A stretch of 63,593 nt of DNA, filler included, from Chthonomonadaceae bacterium (GTDB lineage: Bacteria > Armatimonadota > Chthonomonadetes > Chthonomonadales > Chthonomonadaceae): NCBI GenBank assembly GCA_035650735.1. It is 5 parts of 5 records of this genome, joined end to end, with 100 filler letters (N's around TTAATTAATTAA, not from the genome) between each part and the next. Parts side by side here need not be neighbours in the genome. Positions count along the whole stretch, not along the records: positions 1 to 23,239 come from DASRGZ010000149.1; 4 more parts are not named here. One strand, 5' to 3'. This document shows, piece after piece, positions 8,925-17,300 of the stretch. Below the pieces are notes generated by a model. That model searched no databases, was not told where the DNA came from, and saw only the letters and a list, made by a program, of their open reading frames with translations. Within the stretch, counting starts at the first letter, position 1; every line of letters starts with the position of its first letter. A program made the position numbers and the translations under genes.

Positions 8925-9991
8925 CGGTTCACAACCTCGGTCAAAAGCCCCTCCGTGCGCGCGCTGTGGAGCACCTGCAGGGCATAGATTTTATTCGATT
9001 CTGCGCATGCCCAAATGCTGCCCTCAAATCGGGTCGGGATGCGGCCCAGCGCGCCCAGCGATTCGCGCAAAGCCCGAATACGCGCAAACAGCGAAAGCCG
9101 CCCGGAATAGCGCTCCGCCTCATGCCCCTGCGGCGTGGTGAACGTCTCTTTTTGCAGGCCCTTGAGGCGCACGGCGGCGTTGTTGGCAAACCACTCCCCC
9201 AGGGTGAATTTCTTGAGGGTCATGTTCGCCAGCCCCCACCGATCCAGCAGAATCTTCTCGCCCCCGCGCGCAAACGCCAGATGGAGGTATCCGGAGAGCA
9301 GTTTCTGAGTCTCCAGCCGGAAATCCTGCGGTATCTGGGCCTGAAGGTCGTAGAGCGCCCAGAGGGTGTAGCCGTTGTCGGAATGGTCGTGCAGGGAGGC
9401 AAACAGTTGGGAGGCGATGTCGGCGATGGCGTGCTGGTCTTTGGCCGCGCCGACCACCTGCGCGATGACGACGCGGTTGCAGGTGGCGCAATGCCAGATC
9501 TTGCCCTGCCCGCGCCCGTTGCCGCTCCAGGTGAAATTGATCGCCATGCGCTCGTCGTGCTCGCCTTCGGTTTTTTCCGGCTTAATGCTGCTCTCGAACC
9601 TGGATTTGGCTTTTTTGGCCTGCCGGGCCGTCTCCTTGAGGACGCGCTCCAGGTTGCCCTTGAGATCGGGCTTGGGCGTGGGCGGTTCCGGGCGGCGCAG
9701 CAGCTTACGCACGCGCGACGCCAGCAGGTTATACAGCGTTGGTGCGTTGTTGCCCTGCGAGGCGGCGTCCATCCAGCGTATCTGCACGGTCAGGGCGCTG
9801 TTGCCGGGCGCATCCACGCGCAGATAACCGCTCTCATGCTCCATCGAGAAGCCGGTCACGTTCCAGTCCGGCGGCAGGACGCACCGAATGCCCTGCCATC
9901 CCACGACCGTGCGCGTCTGCGAAGCGGGAGGCGCCGTCTCGGTCTCGGCTAGAGATTGGGACGGTTGGTTGGTTTCAATTTCTGTTGGCAT
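8909..9991 (-). CDS. Hypothetical protein with two internal repeats
   Basis: 360-aa ORF overlapping the PqqD-like gene; repeated W..(L/I)P.D(W/F) and IWxCxx(C/S)N motifs. Confidence 0.75.
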   Translation of the reverse strand: MPTEIETNQPSQSLAETETAPPASQTRTVVGWQGIRCVLPPDWNVTGFSMEHESGYLRVDAPGNSALTVQIRWMDAASQGNNAPTLYNLLASRVRKLLRRPEPPTPKPDLKGNLERVLKETARQAKKAKSRFESSIKPEKTEGEHDERMAINFTWSGNGRGQGKIWHCATCNRVVIAQVVGAAKDQHAIADIASQLFASLHDHSDNGYTLWALYDLQAQIPQDFRLETQKLLSGYLHLAFARGGEKILLDRWGLANMTLKKFTLGEWFANNAAVRLKGLQKETFTTPQGHEAERYSGRLSLFARIRALRESLGALGRIPTRFEGSIWACAESNKIYALQVLHSARTEGLLTEVVNRCVCH

Positions 9992-10013
9992 ACCCTATAA
10001 TACGGATTTCAAA

Positions 10014-10850
10014 CTACTTTGGCGCGACGGCTTCCACCCGGCCATCGCAGTAGAGAATGTTATTGCGCCCGCCGTGCCGGCCCGGATGCGGCAGGCTGGT
10101 CACGGCATCGTGCGCGCTTGGAGCGAGATTGGTCGAGTCATAGAGCAAGGGCGTTGCCGCCGCGTCCGGCATCTCTTTGAGCGGCTTGCCGTTGAGCTTG
10201 CGCCCCGCCACCTGATCGTTATAGGCGTAGCCGTATTTGTCGTCGTGGCGGTTGGAGACGGCGGGACAGTGCAGCCACTCGTTCTGCCGCACTTTGGAGG
10301 TCAGGTCCTCGTTTTGCATCCAGTTGGCGGCAGGCGGCAGTGCGCCGTAGTCCTCGGCATACATCGAGAAGGCGATATACAGGCTCTTCAGGTTCTCCGG
10401 GCAGGCTTTGTTCTTCTCCGGCTCATACTTAGCCGTCTTTTGGTCCAGGCCCAATTGCTTGGCGACGCGGATAACCTCCGGGTGCTTGGCGAACGCGCTC
10501 TGCAAGATGCCCCCGACGGCCCCTGCGACCAGAAGCGCGACGCCCACAGTGGTCAGCAGCGTCGCCCGCTGCTTGATGACGCCGGCCAGGAACCCGCCAA
10601 GCAGCGCCAGCACCCAGGCCACGGCCACGCGCATCGCTTCCTGCGTGACAATCGGCCCGATCTGTCTTGCGGGGGCCCGGGCCCCCGCAAGCAGCCCGGC
10701 TGCCAGCAGCAACGCCACCGCAATGACCGTAATCGCCGCCACCGTTCGCCGGCGTGTCAGCAGGCCCACTGCAAACCCTGCAAGAAACACGCCAGCCGCC
10801 AGCACTATCGCGGCTATCTCAATGGTATGAAGAAGAGCCTCGATCTGCAA
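10014..10850 (-). CDS. Membrane-anchored DUF1559-like / H-X9-DG protein
   Basis: About four N-terminal hydrophobic helices; CPENLKSLYIAFSMYAEDY..LPP core; C-terminal H-GGRNNILYC-DG. Confidence 0.8.
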   Translation of the reverse strand: MQIEALLHTIEIAAIVLAAGVFLAGFAVGLLTRRRTVAAITVIAVALLLAAGLLAGARAPARQIGPIVTQEAMRVAVAWVLALLGGFLAGVIKQRATLLTTVGVALLVAGAVGGILQSAFAKHPEVIRVAKQLGLDQKTAKYEPEKNKACPENLKSLYIAFSMYAEDYGALPPAANWMQNEDLTSKVRQNEWLHCPAVSNRHDDKYGYAYNDQVAGRKLNGKPLKEMPDAAATPLLYDSTNLAPSAHDAVTSLPHPGRHGGRNNILYCDGRVEAVAPK

Positions 10851-10859
10851 AATGACCTA

Positions 10860-11430
10860 ACCCCCTATAGCGGCAGGCTGAACCCTGCCGCTGTGGGGCT
10901 CTGCTAGGGTCGGCGCTACAATGGTTCGCGCCTCCGCCTAGCGAGGCCATCCGCCCACCTGCGTGGGCGGGAAAAGCCGGTAAGATGCCAGGATCGCCGC
11001 CATCCCCTCTGTGGGTAATCCTGATGCCTACGCAGGCAGAGAGTCTCGCTCCCGCAGGTAGGTGGCACTCTAACCTCAAGGCGCTGCCTCGGACGCTTGA
11101 TCACACTTGCGCAGGCAGAACGTTTCGCCCACAAGGGTGTCGCCAGGTGTCGCTAGACGGAGGAACGAGCGAGCGCAGTTGCGACCCTCGCAGTGGCGCG
11201 AACCGTTGCAGCGCCGACCCTGGCAGTCGGCGGGCGTCTTGCTCCCCACAGCGGCAGGCTAAACCCTGCCGCTTGCCAACCGCCCGTCGTGGAGAGAGGC
11301 CAGGCGAACTTACCTGCCCCTCTAGCCCTTCCCTAGTGAGGAACGAACTATCCGCCGCTACGAAGAGGACTACCCAGTCCTAAAACCTCTAGCCCTTCCC
11401 TAGTGAGGAACGAACGGATAGGGAAGGGGG
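10860..11430. repeat. Composite intergenic cluster of REP-like palindromes
   Basis: GCGGCAGGCT(G/A)AACCCTGCCGC twice, CGCCCACCTGCGTGGGCG, GCCGACCCT(G/A)GCAG modules and a 30-nt direct duplication (11319-11348, 11386-11415). Confidence 0.8.
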
Positions 11431-11434
11431 CCAG

Positions 11435-13534
11435 CTAGAACGGCAAGTAGTTGACGGATTTGGCGATCAGCGCCAGCGCGATAGAGGCCATGGCAATCAG
11501 GCCCGTGCCGCAGGAGAAGCCCGCCAGCAGCACCGGCGTATACATGCGCCAGTTCTCCACGCCGAAGCGCTTGGAGAAGTACCGGCGGCCCAGCCACGCA
11601 CCCAGGAAGGTCGGGATGACATCGTGCGGGAAGGCGCCCGTGCCGCCGATGAACCCATAATAGAACAGCGCCGGCAGCTTGAACAGGCCGAATATCCAGT
11701 AGAGCGCCAAGCCGGCCCCGATCCCGCCCAGCACGCGCGGCCCGTTGATCGCCTCTTTGACCCAGGAGATGCCGCCGTCTTTCCGGTTGATCGTATTCCA
11801 CATCGCCTGGAACGTCGCCTGGATCGGCCAGAATTTCGCCGCATAGGGATGCTGCGACGAGGGAATCTGGCTCGTATGCCAGAAGAAGGCCCAGAAGATG
11901 AAGCTGGCCGGGAGCATGACAAACAGCATCAGGATCTCAACCTTGACCACGCTGACAAACTTGGTGCCCGTCAGCTCCACCTCCCGGAACTTCTGCGCCA
12001 GACCGCCGTAGTCGGATAGCGGGATGGGCATGTACCAGATGTCGGCGTAGGGATAGCCCGATTTCATAATCGACACTTCCTTGAGGAACGGGAAGGTCAC
12101 GCCGGAACCCGTCAGGCCCACCATACGCGCCGAGACATAGGAGTTGATCGGCGACCAGACCAGGCCGTAGAAGACCAGTAGCCAGGTCGGGAATATCATG
12201 TGGTTCTGGCCGGTGCGCACCGTCTCCACGTGCAGCAGGAAACGTACAAGCCCGATATAGAAGACGGTCACGCCAAGCCAGACCACCACCGGAATCCAGA
12301 GGGGAAGATCGCCGCGCCCCTTGGGAATCTGCATCTTCATCCCGCGATTGCGTGTCTGGTCACGCAGGCTCTTAAACGCCCTTCCCACGCTCCAGAAGCC
12401 GATAAGCGCTACCGCCACCTGCAAGCCGATACCGACCGATATCCAGAACTTGATGTCGGTGGCCTGCTTGGTGAAGATGGCGTCCATACCGCGCGCCCAC
12501 CCATTCGTGGCGGAGGAGCCGAACGCGCCCCAGTGATAGAGGATCGGCGCGGCGACAATGCGGCAGAGAACCGAGCCCCACAACGACCCATGCACGATGG
12601 GGTAGGGGATGACGAACCCGACCAGGATCTTGGTCAGGTCCCCGGAGATGCCCGTAATGGCGCCCGGAAGGATGGTCTCCGTATTCGTCGTCAGGTCGAA
12701 GAAGGGGATGGGGATCAGTGTAAAGGCTTTATTAAAGACGACGCCGGTAAAGACCGGGACGGCGATGTAGAAGAAGCCGAAGATCAGCCCGATAACCGTG
12801 CCGGTAGAGAAGACGCGCCAGCGCCAGGATTCTTCCTTGCTGGCCGCTTCCGCCAGCGCCGTCGCGCCGGAGGCGGCGACCGGGGCCATCGGGAACGGCA
12901 GCCGCTCGACATCGGAGGTGACGCGGAACAGGAAGTAGCCCGCGCTCATCCAGTTCAGGCGCCCCAGCACCTCTCCGACGACGAGCAGAACGATAGGCCA
13001 GAACCAGGCCATATCGAAGAAGGTGCGGTGCTGGAGGGCCGGTGAGCCGGCTGGCGGCACGACCCAGTGCGGGATGTCCTTGGCGACGATGCTGGCGGCA
13101 GGGCTCTGGATAAAGTATTGATTCCAGATAAGATAGCCGAACGGCCCGCCGGAGATGCCCTTTTCCGCCCAGATACCCGTCAGGGACGCCGCCACATAGT
13201 AGAGCATATAGATTTCCTGCTTCTTCATCGGCAGGAACGAACGGCGCATGATCTCGGCGAACAGGACGATGGTCACCCATTCCGCCGCCGGGCCCAGACC
13301 CTGTCCGGCCACCAGGCCCAGGTAGAGCGCGCCGGGCAGCATGATAAACCCGACGAAGAGCGCTCCGATGATGGTCTTGTAGCTGAAGCCGTCTTCGAAT
13401 TGGGTAGGCTGGCCTTCCTCGGTCGACTCCGCCTCGACTTGCTCCCGTATTTGCGCGATCTCTCTATCTTCCGCCACGCTACGGAGTTCTCCTTTCACGC
13501 ATATTAACACAGCGTGCGTTTTTGTTTTTAGCAA
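11435..13534 (-). CDS. OPT-superfamily-like putative peptide transporter
   Basis: Many TM helices; ERLPFPMAPVAA resembles the OPT L.FP..A motif; exact start uncertain. Confidence 0.72.
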   Translation of the reverse strand: MLKTKTHAVLICVKGELRSVAEDREIAQIREQVEAESTEEGQPTQFEDGFSYKTIIGALFVGFIMLPGALYLGLVAGQGLGPAAEWVTIVLFAEIMRRSFLPMKKQEIYMLYYVAASLTGIWAEKGISGGPFGYLIWNQYFIQSPAASIVAKDIPHWVVPPAGSPALQHRTFFDMAWFWPIVLLVVGEVLGRLNWMSAGYFLFRVTSDVERLPFPMAPVAASGATALAEAASKEESWRWRVFSTGTVIGLIFGFFYIAVPVFTGVVFNKAFTLIPIPFFDLTTNTETILPGAITGISGDLTKILVGFVIPYPIVHGSLWGSVLCRIVAAPILYHWGAFGSSATNGWARGMDAIFTKQATDIKFWISVGIGLQVAVALIGFWSVGRAFKSLRDQTRNRGMKMQIPKGRGDLPLWIPVVVWLGVTVFYIGLVRFLLHVETVRTGQNHMIFPTWLLVFYGLVWSPINSYVSARMVGLTGSGVTFPFLKEVSIMKSGYPYADIWYMPIPLSDYGGLAQKFREVELTGTKFVSVVKVEILMLFVMLPASFIFWAFFWHTSQIPSSQHPYAAKFWPIQATFQAMWNTINRKDGGISWVKEAINGPRVLGGIGAGLALYWIFGLFKLPALFYYGFIGGTGAFPHDVIPTFLGAWLGRRYFSKRFGVENWRMYTPVLLAGFSCGTGLIAMASIALALIAKSVNYLPF

Positions 13535-13674
13535 ATTACAATGAATTCACGGTAGACACTCCCAGCCGTGTGGATCAATCTCACGCAGCCTGCTGCTGAG
13601 GAGATACGTCAACACCGTTGGGAGGGATTACCGAATTCACGGGCAGGTGTCCTTTACCCGTCAGCGGGTTCAGA

Positions 13675-14303
13675 TCATTTCACGCCCGCTTGCTCCAGCG
13701 CTTTGCGAATCCCGTCCTCATCAAAACCGACAAAGCGGGCCAGAATTTTGCCATCGCTGCCGATCAGGTAATTGGTCGGGATGGCCTGCACTTTGTACTG
13801 GTCGGAGACCTTATCGCCGCTCATGGCGACGAGCATAGTAAACTTACTTTCCTTCCAGTATTTGGCGATCGTCTTCGCGTCGTCGCCCGCAACTGATTGA
13901 GCATATCGGGATTGAAGAAGACCGCACCCTCTATAGAAATGGTGCGCCCAACATTACCTCCGGTTGCGTCGGCAGCCTCGGTCGCGTATGTCTTCTCCGA
14001 ACGCCGATAGGTAGTGAGCGTCTTGCCATCCGAAGGAATAATCGTATTCATATCGGCAGCCGAGCTTGAGAGCGCTATGTGCGCCAGGTTAGGCTTTTTG
14101 AGCCGGAGAGTGCCCTGCGCCGTCTTAATAACCTGCCCGCCTTCTTTCACCTGCAGAATAATATGCGCCTGCAAGGTTCTGGCGCGGCTTTCGGCGGCGA
14201 CGCACTTTTGCAGGAGCGCATCCCCAGCCTTATCGGCTTGAGCGGCAGTCGGAACAAGTAAACAGATCCCTAGAAACGCCAGAAAGGGATTCGTGCGTTT
14301 CAT
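13675..14303 (-). pseudogene. LolA/DUF2092-like N-terminus joined out of frame to a TlpA-like redoxin C-terminus
   Basis: Signal peptide plus GTLRLKKPNLAHI..SDGKTLTTY; a second frame from 13890 gives AGDDAKTIAKYW..YKVQAIPTNYLIGSDGKILARFVGF..stop at 13675; no CxxC. Confidence 0.65.
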
Positions 14304-14392
14304 GGATGTAGCCCTCCCTCTGAGGACAGTCCCCAATCTCGGCCCCTACTGCTAGGGTTGGGCCTGCCGCTTTAGAGCCGAGGGGTGGGGGC

Positions 14393-17300
14393 CTACCCCG
14401 CTGGCGAGGGCTCCGGTCCCATCGCCGGCGGGGTCGGCGCGCTGACGGTCTGCGCCTTATTGTTCTCTGCTTCTAGCAGATAGCGCTCGCGCTCGGCCTG
14501 CTTGAGCGTACGCCAGATCAAGAACTGCTTGCGCAGCGTGTTCAGGAACCGGCGGTTGACCCGCTTCCAGTTGGAGATGTCGCCCGACTCGCGGTCGATG
14601 AGCAGGCGGATGTCGAACACGTCCGGCGTATCCGTCGGTGTCGTCTCCACGGCGACGCGCTGCGAAACGCCCAGGTCGAACGGGGCCAGCCACGTCATGC
14701 ATTTGATGCGGTAGCCTTTGCCGTTCTCATGCTGGAACTCTTCGGACTCCACGCCCTGGGTCACGAAGTCGCCGATGCTGTACTCCTCGTAGGCGGCAAA
14801 CCACTCGCCCAGGAAGCTGTTGAGGCCGGCAGCCTGCTCGCCCGTGACGGCAAACGGCAGCGGGATAACCCAGTGGTCGCCCTCCGGCTCCGGCACGCGC
14901 CATGTGCGGTCAATGGCGGGCGTCGCCACCTCCGCCGCCTTGCGCGCCGGATAGAGCGTGGAGAGCAGCACCACGCCGACCACGATCAGCGTCGTCATGA
15001 CCGCGCTCACGCTGGAGAAGTTCAGGTACAGGTCCGGCAGCCAGCCCGTCCAGACCAGTATCTTACTGGTGAATTGGCCCAGCAGATACCCGGCCACCGA
15101 GCCCAGGATGGCGTAGACCAGCGCCTCCGCGATGAACAGCATCCCGATATGGGACGGGGCGAGACCAATCGAGGAGAAGATATGGATCTCCTTGATGCGC
15201 TCGAACACCGACCCCAGCATCGTGTTCAAAACGATCAGCGAGGCGATCAGGATCGGGAAGAACACCAGCTCCAGGCCGCGCGAGGAGGTCGCCGCGATGG
15301 ACGAGTACCGCTCGATGTGGCCCCGGTCGCGCGGGTTGGGCGCGTTCGGGTTGGTGATCTGGCCGGCGTAGAGGTTGAGTCCCAGGCGATGCATCAGCGG
15401 GTCGAGGCGCTGCAGCACGGCCTTCGGGTCGCCGAAGTCAATGGCAATGGAGCGGATCTCCGCGCCAATGTTGACCGCCGTCTGGTAGGGGATGAAGAAG
15501 ACCATATCGGGCTCCAGGTGCGTGTACTCCTTGAAGCCCTGGTCGCCGCCGCCCTTGCCCTGCCGGTTGAGCTTGTTCATGGTGATGAAGTCTACCGGCG
15601 TCAGGATTTCGTTGTCGAGGTCGGCGAAATCCTTGAGTTTTTGCGAGTCGAGGATGCCGATGACCGTGTACTCAACGCCGCTGTAGGTCACCTTCGCCTT
15701 GCCCACGTCGGCGGGGTCAATGCGCAACTGGTTGGCGATGGCGTCCGGCAGAATCATCACATAGCGGTCGCCTGGCTGGAACCAGCGCCCGATGGGTCTG
15801 CCCTGGTTATCGGTCTCCAGCGCCTCCTGCGGACGGGTGATCTTGGCCTCGGCGGGCGACAGGCCGACCATCGCCTTCGCCTCATACTGCTTATCCGCGC
15901 GCTTCAAGGTCAGGAACGACTGCTCGCCAAGCTGCGTGCCGAAGTACCAGGCGCGCGGCGCGACGGCGTGCGTGCGCCCGTACTCGTCGGCCAGCAGGCG
16001 GTAGGCCGGCTCCTGGAGCGGGTCCCACATGGCCGTGCGGATCATGATGCCGTTGTAGCGCGGGCCGTGCTCGTTGGGCGCGGGGACCCGGTTGAAGCGC
16101 ATCGTCTGCACGACCGAGGTGAACGACAGCACCGTAAAGGTCAGCAGGATCAGGGTGATGCAGGTCAGGAAGGTGCGCGCCTTGCGCCGCCGCATGTTGG
16201 AGATGCCCAGGTTAAAGGCGGCCAGCGCCACCGAGACGCGCCCAATGTCGGCCTTGTGGATGCCGCTGACGCTGCGGTTGATCTCCTTGAGCTGTTCCTC
16301 GAACTTGCCCGCGATCATGGCGATCACGATGGAGGAGAGCGCCAGCATGACGAAGGCCAGCAGCACGATGATCGGGTTCATCGTGATGTCGAAGGCCGGG
16401 TGCACGAACCGGAAGCAGAGGAAGATCGCCAGGAAGATCAGGGCCGCGACGCTCAACTGCCGCTTCAGGTCGAAGAAGCCCCAGATCAGGCGCTCGGCGA
16501 AGTAGGCGAAGGGCAGCAGCAGAGCCAGGTAGAAAAGCACGCCCTGCACGACGTCAATCGCCGTCTGCTGCACGTCGGGATAGGCGCGGCTCTCGAAGCC
16601 CCAGGCGGCGCGCGAGGCGGCGTCGAAGGTCTCCCAGTCCTTGGCGTCTTTGGCCTTCTGCGCCCGCGCTATCGCCTCCGCCGCCCGCTTGTGCAGCCCC
16701 GGCACGCCCTCATCGCTGTTCATGTCCAGGATGCGATACTTGGCCAGGCGGCGCATGCGGAAGTCGTCGAGCTTCCACATGTCCTCGGCGACGTGGAGCG
16801 CCGTGTCGTAGATGGCCCCGGACTTGGCGATCTCTTTGGTCGGATCGTAGGAGACCTCTTTGGCGATGCCCATCAGGTCGGCGTTCTGCGCCTCGCGCGG
16901 GTCGCCCGCCACGAGGTAGCCGATGCCTTCGGGATTGTAATTGGGGTCATCCTTCTTATTGAAGGGGTCGCTGGGGTCGTACTGCGAGTTGATGAGCAGC
17001 AGGCGAGTGGCGCCGGGGCCGCTGTTCATCGAAATCTTCAGACGCGAGCCTGGCTGCGAGAACAGCACCGCCACATCCTCGACGTAGGAGCCGACCAGCG
17101 AGGGGTCCTGCGGGTCAATGGCGTAGCCGTACATGCGCGGCTCGCCGTTGGTCTCGCCATCGTAGACGTCAATGCCCGTGAGCGCGCGCAGCGACTGCTG
17201 GTCCACCAGGTCGTAGATGGCGGTGGGCACGCAGCGGAAGACGATGATCGGCGTCTCCTTGACGGCGGTGGTCACCAGCACATCCAGCGGGATGTATTTG

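Noticed and set aside
11319..11415. Two identical 30-nt repeats with a 37-nt spacer, resembling a mini-CRISPR
   Set aside because: Only two copies, built from the local CCCTTCCCT palindrome family; no leader and no cas genes in the window.
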